Assembly: GCA_035221665.1 (NCBI GenBank)
Contig: CM069148.1
Span: forward strand, 28,768,001-28,832,000
Reading direction: 5' to 3'
DNA from: Okamejei kenojei
Taxonomy: Eukaryota
DNA length: 64,000 bases
The translations under genes and the position numbers were made by a program. Below are positions 1 through 10,714 of the stretch, one piece after another; positions within the stretch are counted from its first letter, which is position 1; every line of letters begins with the position of its first letter. Below the pieces are notes generated by a model. The model had not been told where the DNA came from. It made no database searches and was given only the letters and a program-made list of their open reading frames with translations.

Positions 1-745
1 TGCCATCAATAAATTACAATAATAGAGCCACATCCTGCATTTCAGTCTATTTAGCCACCTGTTCTAAATCTGTATGTCACTGACGTTTTTAGCTGTTTGA
101 AGTCACAGCAGTACCAGGAGGCTGCCAAATCTCTCTCTCTGCAGGCAAGGACAGCACTTCAATCCAGTGTTCATTTTCAAGGAAAGCTGTTCATCTTGGA
201 AATAATGAGGTGGGGGCAAAAAAGTATTTAGATTTCAAAATTATAATACCTTATTTACATTACACCTCTTGCACAAAACTGGATGGTAAAGACAAATTCT
301 TACTCCTAACCCAAAACATATGATACCAAAGTATAATTTTTTTAAAGTGTGGGGGTTAGCAGATTCATTTGCTGGTCGTAAATGTAAAATAATATTTAAA
401 ATTAATCTCCAGAGTGCCTTTTTATGGCAATGCCTTATTTTGTATGCAATGAAATAAGTGCAAATATTTGAACTAAAGATGAATGTCAGTACTAGAGAAT
501 AGAAAGTTTGTAGCATTTTCTGTGCAGTGTTAAAAACAGCTCTGTGACTTTCATGATAAGAATTACTACAGCATGAAGCTCCCCCTTGCCTTGTCGTTAT
601 GGTTTAAATGAAGATTCCATCACTCCCTGGACAAGTTTGTACAATTAAATATGTTAAAACTGCAGGGCATTTTTATGCATGATCATCAGACTCATTCCAG
701 TCAAGTACAGGATTGGGAGGTTGCAGAGTCATTCAGTATAGCAGT

Positions 746-855
746 ATGGCAGGAGAATGGGGGTTGAGGGGGAAGGATAGATCAACCATGCATGAATGGC
801 GGAGTAGACCCGATGGGCTGAATGGCCTAGTTCTGCCCATATAACATGAACTTAT
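746..855 (+). mobile_element. CR1/HER1 LINE 3' tail fragment
   Basis: GGCAGGAGAATGGGGGTTGAG...GATGGGCTGAATGGCCT matches the tails at ~3620-3716 and ~26415-26527. Confidence 0.75.
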
Positions 856-1819
856 ATCACACTCCTGGACTTACTGGAACTACGTTTTTTGGGGGAGGGT
901 GGGGGTGAAGTGGAGAAATGTCTAAGGCTTTAAATGCAAAGGAAGGACAACACAGCACCGACAATAGTGTCTCACCAGGCCTCGTTATTGGGCATTCTGT
1001 CGGCATTTCAGGAGGAGTCTACCAGAATAACACAAATGGGATCAATGTTTTTGAGACTGAAATTACACTTTTAATCTGTGTACTGGGATACATTCAGAAA
1101 CAGTTGCACATAGTGTCAGGGCTATTCCCAGCCAGAGAAGAAATGATTGTGTAATCCCACTGTCAACCTGGTGACCACACTTCTGTAAGTGACTTAGATG
1201 CACATAAACCTGTGTATAATTTTCTTCTGTTTATTGCCCTTACCTAGAAAATCACCCTGGCTTCATTGGAAAAATTGCTGTAGTTTCTGGTCACTTACAC
1301 TTGGTCCATTCTGAGCAAATGAATTGCCTGCTCTAATATAGATTGTCTGGATATAATGGCCCCATCAATAACTCATTGTTTAACACTACTGTCAATGGAC
1401 ACACATTTAAAACAAAAATTAGCCACAGTTAATGCACAAACCTTCAGTCAATGCTCAATTGTTGTTCATTGTCTCTTCAATATAATTGTGATGGCATTTT
1501 CATTGATGCTTTCCATAGTACAGTTGTTTGTTACTGTGGAAGAGAACAGGGTATGAGGGGCAGTAATATGGGGTATCAATTACACCAGAGGGAATTATAT
1601 ACCTGGGATACCAGCGATGGAAGAAGGGTATTATGATATTATGAAAAAATGTTCAGCAGTGAAGGAGAGGTTGCAAATAAAACTAGATGATGATACTTTG
1701 TTTCAGTAAATAGTTTTATTGGATAACTGGTCAATTTATTTGCTTGGAGACATGATCTGTTTGTTTAGTTGGAGGATGTGGATGATGCTTGTGGGAACAA
1801 CATTTAATAACTTTGATAA

Positions 1820-2150
1820 AGGGCTGATGGGCACTCTCCTGAACCACTGTCATTTGTCTGAAAGTGCTCCCGCAATGCTGTTAGTTAGGAAGCTTTAAAA
1901 TTGAAATCAAGTGAAGGTGAAGGGATGGTAATATATTTCCTAAATTAGTGTGGTGCGTGACTAGATAGGGATAAAGAAATGGGGGCCTACTTCCCTTGGC
2001 CCAATTGTATTGTTGATTGAAACCTTGGCTTTGGGAAGTGCAGGCTTTGGTAACTTTAGTAAGCAACTGCTATATTGATACAAACTGGGTGATGATTGAT
2101 GGAGTGAACCCTAAAGTAGATGGAGTTGATGTTTAGGGTGGTAGACAGAT
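1820..2150 (-). mobile_element. Old, degenerate CR1-clade LINE fragment
   Basis: Resembles the reverse complement of a common elasmobranch CR1 3' region, judged from memory; highly diverged. Confidence 0.4.
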
Positions 2151-2277
2151 GCTATTAATTTGATGCTAATTATTTATTGCTAATTATCTGAAAAAAAGAA
2201 GGCACCAATTTTACTGAAACAGAATGGATTCAGTGACACAGCAGCAGGAAAGCCCAAAGCAAAAAGGTTTAAGTAAA

Positions 2278-2545
2278 ACACACAAAGTGTTAAGTAACTC
2301 AGAGGGTCAGGCAGCATGTCTGCAGAATATGGATAGGAGATAGAAACAAGAAACTGCAGATACTGATTTACAAAAAATAATCTATGGATAGGGTATCGTT
2401 CAAGTCAGGTCCCTTCTTCAGACTATGAGGAAGGGTCCTAACCTAAAACATCGCTTAAACATGTACTTCAGACATGCTGCCCGACCTGCGTTACTTCAGC
2501 ATACTGTGACTTGTTTTTGGTCAACCAGCAACTGCAGTTCCTCAT
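2278..2545. mobile_element. Penelope-like pLTR-derived fold-back element (degenerate)
   Basis: Inverted copies of the ACACAAAG.GCTGGAGTAACTCAGCGGGTCAGGCAGCATCTCTG unit that recurs throughout the window. Confidence 0.7.
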
Positions 2546-2865
2546 GTCGAATGTTTAACGACGTGTGCTTATTCCATTATGGCCAGATCTCTAAAGCAAC
2601 ACAGATAGATTGTTCAAGCAAAGATCATTGTGATGAAATAGCTAATGTGAAGAAGTAATTTAATTTGGGGCTGTGCTGCAATGGGTGATTGGTCAAGCAC
2701 TGTTTAGAACATGCATCCAGATATTACCCCTTCATTATATCTCACCTAACCTAAACTGAAGCTTTATGTTGTGATTTAGAGAAGGATAGCGTGGAGCTCT
2801 TGGACACAACTACTGAGGATGTTTAGTGAAGAAATTCTGTGATTCAATGAGGGTAAACAAAGAGA

Positions 2866-3716
2866 AGGACTGATTAGGTTGGGAGAGTGGGCAGAGAAGT
2901 GGCAGATGGAATATAGTGTAGCAAAGTGTGAAGTCATGCATTTTGTTAGTAGGAATAAAGGCATAGATTATTTTCTAAATAGGGAGAGAATCTAGTAATC
3001 GGAGGTACAAAGGGACTTGGGAGTGCTGGTGCAGGATTTCCAGAAAATTACTCTGCAAGTCGAATTAAACTTGTCAAGAAAGCAAACGTAATGCTAGCCT
3101 TTATTTCGAAAGGGCTTACACACAAAAAATAGGGATATAATGCTGAGGCTCTATAAGGCGCTGGTCAAGCTGCATTTGGAATATTGTGAGCAATTTTGGG
3201 CACCATATCTGAGGAAGGATGTGCTGGCTCTGGAAAGGGTCCAGAGTAGGTTTACAAGAATGATCCCAAGAAAGAGTAGATTACCATATGATGAGCGTTT
3301 GATGGCACTGGGCCTATATTCGCTGGAGTTTAGAAGAATGAGGGGGGACCTCATTGAAACATACAGAATAGTGAAAGGCTTGGATAGAGTGGATGTGGAG
3401 AGAATGTTTCCACTAGAGGGAGCGTCTAGGGCTAGAGGTTATAGCCTCAGAATTAAAGGACATTCTTTTCGGAAGGAGATGAGGAGGAATTTCTTTAGTC
3501 AGAGGTTGGAAAATCTGTAGAATTCTTTGCTACAGAAGGCTGTGGAGGCAAAGTCGGCAGGTATATTTAAGGTAGATGGATTCTTGATTAGTACGGGTGT
3601 CAGCGGTTATGGGGCGAAGGCAGGAGAATGCGGTTAGGAGGGAGAGGTAGATCAACCATTATCTTGATGGTCCGAATGGCCTAATTCTACTCCTATCTCT
3701 TTTGATCTTATGATAA
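2866..3716 (+). mobile_element. CR1/HER1 LINE, 5'-truncated (RT C-terminus + 3' UTR)
   Basis: ORF 3140-3520 (LYKALVKLHLEYCEQFWAP...LERVQSRFTRMIP...RRMRGDLIETY) is the typical CR1 ORF2 C-terminus, with stops and frameshifts upstream. Confidence 0.92.
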
Positions 3717-4715
3717 TGAAAATGGTTCCAATACTCTTTTTACAACAGTGTAGCTGTGCATTGGATTTAGTCCCTCTCACACCCCTCCACCACACTATGT
3801 TGCTCTCTAGGAAGAAAAACATACTCTGTAATCATAGTAATCATTCCTCCATAAAAGTTCCTCCTCAAAATAGAAGTACCAGAGGTATGGAGCCATGAAA
3901 AACATCCTTTCCCGAGGAAACTTTCCAGGCATGAATCTGCAAACTCACATGAGTTCCACACAGTAAATCTTCACAGTCCATCTATTACAATAAACAGAAT
4001 AAGCTGGATTTTTTTTTAAAGAAAGGAGATTGAGTCTATTTATTTAGTCTTGAACAATTTAGTTTTTCAATTCTGCATTCATTTTGTCATGTATGTTTCA
4101 CCCCATCTAGTGTCTCTTCGTATTCCTTCATGTCATCTTCTCCTCTGCACCAATGTTTGACCAGTCAGTATGTTCTGGGCTTTTATGTCCTGAGCACGTC
4201 ACACATTTTAGTTTAAGAACTGAGCGTACATGTTTAAGTGTGAAGATTGTCCCAGGCCTCTGCTTCTTGCCTTTTTCAAATGTTTTGATTCAATCACATT
4301 CTTAAAAAAAGTTGAAACATTTAGTGGCGTATGTCTTCTAGGATCTGACTCTTGAGTATTAAGTAACTAGTGGAGACTCGCTCCCACGGAGACTGTAAAG
4401 TTTCTAAATGCTGAGTCTCAACTTGGCACTCAATAAATCCAGAAGGTCATAAAATGAGATAATACAGAAGTCAATCCTGCATAATCAATTTAGTGGCAAT
4501 CCCCTAAACATTTCCCTTTTTCCTTATAAAAAGATCCTTTACAAGTTTCATGTGTTCCCTGTGTGATATGATACTGGTGTTTAAATTTTAGATGGGCGCA
4601 TGGATATGCAGGGAATGAAGGGATGTGGATCACATGCAAGCAGAGGAGATTAGTTTCACTTGTTCAGCATGAACATTGTGGGCTGAAGGGCTTGTTCCTG
4701 CCCTGTATTGTTCCA

Positions 4716-4938
4716 CAGACACAAAATGCTGGAATAATTCAGTGGGTCAGGCAGCATCTCAAGAAAAAGATTAGGTGACGTTTTGGGTTGAAACCCTTCT
4801 TAAAACGAAATAAGTGTTCCGTTCCGAAACTTCACCGATTCTTTTTTCTCCAGGGATGCTGCCTGACCTGCTGAGTTACACCAGTAGTTTGTGTCTATCT
4901 TTCATATAAAACAGTATCTGTAGTTTCTTCCTACACAC
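4716..4938. mobile_element. Penelope-like fold-back element inserted in a CR1 tail (4588-4958)
   Basis: Inverted arms AGACACAAAATGCTGG...GGCAGCATCTC / GATGCTGCCTGACC...TTTGTGTCT. Confidence 0.75.
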
Positions 4939-5343
4939 TGTACTGCACTATGTTCTATTCGCTTTTGAAAGTTACTGTTTTAATAGATATTTCACCATCC
5001 TGTCAGACAATGCATTCTTAAATATAGCTATATTTTTTAAGGAAAATGAAAGACTCCCCTTTGCTGGAAACCTAAATTAGAAACAGAAGATGCTGCAAAC
5101 ATTTGATAAAGGCCGTTGGTAACTCAGCAGGTCAGACAACATTTGTAGAAACAAAAACAACTTACATCTCAGGTCCAAGACCTTTGTCAGAACTGGGAAA
5201 GAGGAAAGAAGCCTCCAACATTTTCTGTTTTCATTATTACTATTTTTTATAAGTTTGCTCAATGTACATAGACATAGAATATACCTACATAAAAAAGTAC
5301 AGCATAATAATAGGCCCTTCTATGCCGAACATGATGTAAAGAT

Positions 5344-6128
5344 TTGATACCACCGGGTGGCGCTTCGATGGTAGCTTCGCCTACAGTCTGTCTGTCCTTT
5401 TCATCTTTTTTCGTTATTTTTATGGTTTTTAAAAAGTATGTGTTAATGTTCTTTGGTTTGTTTTATGTGAGGGGTGGGCAGAGGGGTTGGGGGAAACTGT
5501 TTTTCAATCTCTTACCTTGCCGGAGATGCGATTGTTTTCCGGATCGTATCTCCGGTCATTCTGCGGCCTAACATCGTGGAGCTGGAGGCCTTGCTCGGGA
5601 CTGACTTTGAGCCCCACCGCAGGGGCGTGGACTTACCATCGGAGCCGATTTCTTGCTTGGGATCGATGCTCCAACCGCGGCCTGTAGACTTTAACATCAA
5701 GGGCTCGCAGTCTCGGGTTGAGACCGACGTTAGGAAGCTCCAAAAGCCGCACGACGGTCGACGAGCCCCAACCCGGGGTAGATCGCCTGGCGCGGGGGAG
5801 CTGAGATTCCCCCGCGATGCAGGAACTTGATCGCCCCAACAAGGGAGGCCCGCCGCCGGCTACGGGAGTGAGATCGTCCTGTGAACGGAAGGTTAGAGGC
5901 CCCCGACCACTGGAGGACAAAGAAAGGCGAGATTTAACGTTTCTCGCCTTCCATCATAGTGAGGAATGTGGAGGAGTCACTGTGGTGAATGTTTATGTTA
6001 AAAAGTATTTTGTGTGTTCTGTTGTTTTTTATTGGTAAGACTGTATGGCAAATCAAATTCCTTGTATGTTGCAAAACATACTTGGCTAATAAAGTATGAT
6101 TATGGTTATTAATATGATTATGATTATG
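5344..6128 (+). mobile_element. CpG-rich non-autonomous retroelement with Rex1/Babar-like 3' tail, nested in a minus-strand CR1 3' fragment (~5271-6320)
   Basis: Ends CAAATTCCTTGTATGTTGCAAAACATACTTGGCTAATAAAG(TATGAT)n; the same tail recurs at 33826-33897. CR1 sequence resumes on both sides. Confidence 0.65.
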
Positions 6129-6672
6129 AAGATATTAATCCCATCTGCCTGCAAGTGATCCATGTTTCTCCATCCCCTGCATATACATGTAACTGTATAA
6201 AAAGCTTTCAAATGCCACTATAATATCTGCCTGCAGTGCACCCACCACTTCCTCACATTTCCTTGAAACTTTACCATTCTCACCTTAAACCTATATCTTC
6301 TAGTCCTTAACATTTCTACCCTTTGTTCATTATTTTTCAATTATTTTCAAGATGTATCCTTTAACTATCAATCCTTTTTTCATAACAAACAATATTTCCT
6401 TACGGTACAAAAACTTTCAACTGATTTAACATGAACTATCTCATCCCCCGTAAATCTATGGTGCACACACGTCAACAATCTCCCAACAGCCTTTATCAAA
6501 TGTGATGCTCCAAATAGCAAAGGCTGGCACAAAATGTGCTGTCATTTTCCAGAGGTGGGAATGAAAATTTGGATTGCACTGTTGCTGCAGTAAGGAACAT
6601 TTTTCCAGGAGAAATGGAAAGTTAAGTTTAGTGGGAAGAATTGGGATAGAATGTACTCTTGGTAAGATGAAG

Positions 6673-6781
6673 GCCCAGGAACGGCAGTCTGAAGAAGGGT
6701 CTCGACCCGAAACGTCACCTTTTTCTTCGCTCCTTAGATGCTGCCTCACCCGCTGAGTTTCTCCAGCATTTTTATCTACCC
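6673..6781 (+). mobile_element. Short Penelope-derived insertion with perfect 13-bp TSD
   Basis: TGGTAAGATGAAG at 6660-6672 and 6782-6794; the body matches the pLTR at 62105-62200. Confidence 0.85.
6686..6719 (+). ncRNA. Minimal type-I hammerhead ribozyme motif (Penelope-type)
   Basis: CUGAAGA (6689-6695), extra A, stem II GGGU-CUCG-ACCC, GAAAC (6709-6713), GUC (6714-6716). Stem III is the palindrome ACGU; stem I has only ~2 bp. Confidence 0.6.
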
Positions 6782-8578
6782 TGGTAAGATGAAGATCTCT
6801 TCATGACATGAGTTGTAACAATTGACTTAAAATCATTTAAAGCTCCCATATGCTCCATATTACTAAACCACTTGCATAAACTGCTCCAAATCTGCTCTCT
6901 ACATCAGCCACGGTTTCTTGTATTGTTCCTCATATATTTGTTTCCAAAATTGTGCCTGTTATCAAACTTTGATATCGATCCTCTTGCATTTATCTCCAAG
7001 CCATTCATAAAAAAATTAATCAGTCAAGTTTCTTTGAATTCATCTTGCCACCTTGTCAAAAAACTTCCATTCTTGCAAATGCTTTCTAAGACCTATCCAT
7101 TCCCATACATTTCTTGCCAAGTTTTCATGATCTAATGTCTCATTCACATGAGACATTCAACTGCGGACAACTAGCTTTGCACTTTCTCTGCATCATGATC
7201 TTTTCAAATAGGGCAATTAAATTGCTCGAGTCTACTTGATTGGTCTACTTTGATTAGCCTAAATCATACTGTGTTATTATTTATGCCGTTAGCTTTAGAT
7301 CTGATCACACCAGCATTTGAGTCAGGAGGTGTTAGTCTAGAGAGGCAAGAGAGTCAAGGGTGTTTTATTGTCATATGTCTTGAAACAGAACTATGAAACT
7401 CTTACTTGTAGCAGCACAACAGGTTTGTAAACACAGTAGTCCATCAATAATATAATAAACAAACAAAATGTTTTAATAAATTTAACAAAAAATTCAGTTT
7501 ATCATCCCCCTGTTTCTGGAGTAGACACAAAATATATAATTCATGAAGAAAGGTTTCGACCCAAAACAACACCTATTCCTTTTTTCGAGAGATGCTGCCT
7601 GACCCACTGAGTTACTCCAGCATTTTGTGTTTATCTTCGGTGTAAACCAGCATCTGCCTTCCGACACATTTTGTCTCTTTCTGAAGTACTTCATTTATAG
7701 AACATAGAACAGTACAGCACAGGAACAGGCCCTGTGGCCCACAATGTCTGGTGCATTTCTATGATATGTTTATGAATATCCTTAAGGTTGGGAAGGTACT
7801 ATATAAATTGAAGGTGTTTGTGACTCCAGGTGGAACGGAAGAAGGAAAAGTTGTATTCCTCAAAATGTGCCGTGGGCAAATTCAGGAACCACTCTGTGCA
7901 TTCCAATATGCTGGTGCTGTACCTTATCACTGACAAGCACAAGGCAGATTTAAATTTCAGAGTTTGCCCTCAACTCAACTGGGACTGGCTGATCTCTGAT
8001 TTCCCTACTTACCCCCTTCTTCCTTCTATAGGAAACACAAAGCAACATTCAATTCTTTACCAAAATTATCCTTCCATGAATTTTTGGAAAATTACAAACT
8101 TGCACTGTTACTGCCCCACCTCCTGCCTTGTGTTATGTGATTTAAGTGATTTGTTAACCTCTCCATGCTTTGTTTTGGAATTATTTCTAATAGTTGTTTT
8201 ATCTTGAACAGTTATCTTTACCGTCGCTCTTCCATAACTTCTTCAGATGTTTTGTCAAACCATAAAAAGCTCCAGTACAGATTCAGGCCTTTAAGCCCAT
8301 CAGATCAGCATTGACTATTAATCACCTCGAGTCTCATTTTCTAAAATCTCATTTTCACTTTAATCTCTAAAGAAATGGGAATAAAATAAGAATTCCACTC
8401 ATTCCACTCTCAAGAATAAAATGACTTTCTCTGTTTCTAAGTTATCCTACCTACCATTAGAGTTACACAGCACTGAAAGAGGCCTTTCGGGCCACTGTGT
8501 CCCTTCCAACCATCAAGTGCCCATTATACTAATTCCATTCACCAAGAGCCTTATGCCTCTCCTAAGGTGCAGCAAATG

Positions 8579-8866
8579 GGGCGGCACAGTGGCACAGCAG
8601 TAGAGCTGCTGTTTACAGCACCAGAGACCCAGGTTCAATCCAGACAAAGAGTGCTGTCTGTACAAAGTTTGTACGTTCTCCCTGTGACCTGCATGAGTTT
8701 TCTCTGCGTGCTCTGTTTTCCTCCCACACTCCAAAGACGTACAGGTTTGTAGGCTTTGGTTAAATTGTAATTTGTCCCTAGTGCGTGTAGGATAGTTAGT
8801 ATGTGGGGATCGCTGGTCGGCATGGACTTGGTGGGCCGAATGGCCTGTTTCCACGCTATATCTCTA
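8579..8866 (+). mobile_element. HE1-type V-SINE
   Basis: tRNA-like head (GGCGGCACAGTGGCACAGCAGTAGAG...GGTTCAATCC), V-domain (GTTTGTACGTTCTCCCTGTGACC...TTCCTCCCACA), CR1-shared tail (TGGGCCGAATGGCCTGTTTCC). Confidence 0.9.
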
Positions 8867-9090
8867 AGTTATGCCTTGTTCTTTAGCTACCTTCAGTTCA
8901 CATACTTAAGAAGTTCTTAGGCCAAGCATTTCTATCACAAGGTGCAGCATTGTAGGCCAGTAAATGTGCTTGTGAAGGGTAGTGCAGGACTCACCATGAA
9001 AGTCCCAAGTATTCCTTCTGATGTTGAATTGAAGTGTTGGTGGGTTTCCAAATTAAATCAGATCGGCAGAAGTGGTGTTAATCACAGTAG

Positions 9091-9315
9091 TGTAGTGAGA
9101 CCAGGCAGGTGGAGCAAAATGTTCTTTATTAGCGAAACAACACTCGAAGTACACGTGTACTTGGTCATGAATAAACGATCTAAGCTCCTGTCGTCGTGAG
9201 GAGCACTAGCTACTGAACACACTGAAAAGCCCGCGAACGAACCCCCGGACACGTGACAGTCCCGACCAATGACGAGGGTTCTGATTACACAGCTTCACCA
9301 TCGGGTGCCGCTACA
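9091..9315. mobile_element. Solo LTR (Gypsy-like), 225 bp
   Basis: TG...CA termini with imperfect inverted ends (TGTAGTGAGACC / GGTGCCGCTACA); 4-bp TSD GTAG at 9087-9090 and 9316-9319; CpG-rich relative to flanks. Confidence 0.75.
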
Positions 9316-9899
9316 GTAGCATAAATATGCGGAACAAGCTGAACGTCAACATGCTTTAGGTAAAACTCATTTGGGTGATTGACCCCTGCATGCTTAAAGA
9401 AATAGATATGTCATGCATTGGGACTTAAGGCCCATAATGTATTCAAAGTACCGCAGACTTATCATGACTTCCATCAGGTATTGCTTTTACTTAATTCTCA
9501 GAAAGTTTGTGAAAGAATACTTGGAGGAAGTTGTTCCCAATTGTTCCTGACTAACAACTCCACTGCTTTGCTCCTTGCAGTACATCTATCGCTGAGAAAA
9601 AAATTCTTCTCCTGAAGTCCTACAACTAACAAACTTGTTTTCCTTTTAAGACAAATCTTGCGGGGGGAGAAAAAAAAATATTTTAACTTTCCCAAAGATT
9701 TGGGCATTAACACTTAACACTTAATTAAACTGTTGCTTCCTGTCAATCTCAGTTGTTGCATGTTGTTTCCTTTGCCAGGGAATGTGATCATCACCTGACC
9801 TGTTATTCACCCACAGTGATAAACTCCAGCTTTAACAAACATTTTTTCATATTTCAGCTTCTGTTGTCTTTTCCCTCTTTTCTCTCTCTGCTATTCTAG

Positions 9900-10031
9900 T
9901 GATCTTGACAAAGACTTTTGGAATAACAATGACAGCACAGTACAAAAGAAATGGAGTTCCTACCCTCCAAAGGAGTTCATTCTAAACATTTCGCCTTATG
10001 CACCTTATGGTGACCCTCGTCTTTCACTCAA
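9900..10031 (+). CDS. SYT7: Synaptotagmin-7 alternative linker exon (44 aa, 'beta' insert)
   Basis: Polypyrimidine tract + TAG acceptor at 9897-9899; GTGAGT donor at 10032. Length 132 nt, phase 2/2. Translates (N)DLDKDFWNNNDSTVQKKWSSYPPKEFILNISPYAPYGDPRLSL, nearly identical to the recalled mammalian Syt7 beta insert. Confidence 0.95.
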
Positions 10032-10252
10032 GTGAGTTGCTTTCAATGGTTTGGTTGTCTATCGTATGTAAAGCTTCCTTCCCCTGTCTTTTACCCATCC
10101 ACCCAATCACCCACTCACGCCCACTCCCAAACCCTTTCGCAAACCCCATGGGTCAGCTGACCACATGGGAACGAACAACCCTCCTGTCCCTGCGCCTTGC
10201 TTGAAGTTCGCAACTGCAAACCTTTCCCCACCTGATCCATCTTCCTTCCCAG

Positions 10253-10313
10253 TGTGGGAGAGCAGAGGGTTGCTCGTTGAGGCCTGTACCCATATCCTCT
10301 CAATTACACTGTG
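10253..10313 (+). other. SYT7: Candidate stop-codon-containing SYT7 cassette exon
   Basis: Acceptor CCTGAT..CTTCCTTCCCAG. Phase-2 reading gives (N)VGEQRVAR*, TGA at 10278-10280. Donor candidate GTG|GTAAAA at 10314; the 3' boundary is uncertain. Confidence 0.5.
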
Positions 10314-10510
10314 GTAAAAAAAAAATGCTGCTTATAAAAATGGCTGTCTGATGGAATTTCTTTGGCTGCTTAATCCCCTTTTTGCTGTTTTATTTTTGAG
10401 CTTTGGAAGAAAGGTGTGCACTGATGTGCTTTAGCGGCAGATCTGATTTACTCCGATCTTCTACTAGGGCTGACTCATTCTCTGTCCACTCTGCTTCCTG
10501 TCCGTACTAG

Positions 10511-10714
10511 TGGCTCTCTCATGTCCGGTAACAAAGCTCCAGTAGCTGAAAAAGAAACACGCACGGCCGAGAAGCAAACCCGCAGCAACAGCATGAAGAG
10601 CAGTGGATCTTCCAACAGTAATCGGGGTGAAGCTGCCAATGGGAAGGTTGGGAAAGGTGGGCGATGGTACACAGTGCAGAGTCTCCTAGCGTCGGGCAAG
10701 CTCAACCAAGCTAA
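10511..10714 (+). CDS. SYT7: Synaptotagmin-7 alternative linker exon (68 aa)
   Basis: CTGAC branch point at ~10470, pyrimidine tract, TAG acceptor, GTGAGT donor at 10715. Length 204 nt, phase 2/2. Translates (N)GSLMSGNKAPV...GKVGKGGRWYTVQSLLASGKLNQA; both ends match the recalled mammalian exon NGTLLSGAKV...GRGRWRMVQSHLAAGKLNLS. Confidence 0.9.

Noticed and set aside
8579-8650. tRNA gene
   Set aside because: It is the tRNA-derived head of a V-SINE and continues into the V-domain and LINE tail; the same holds for the other copies.
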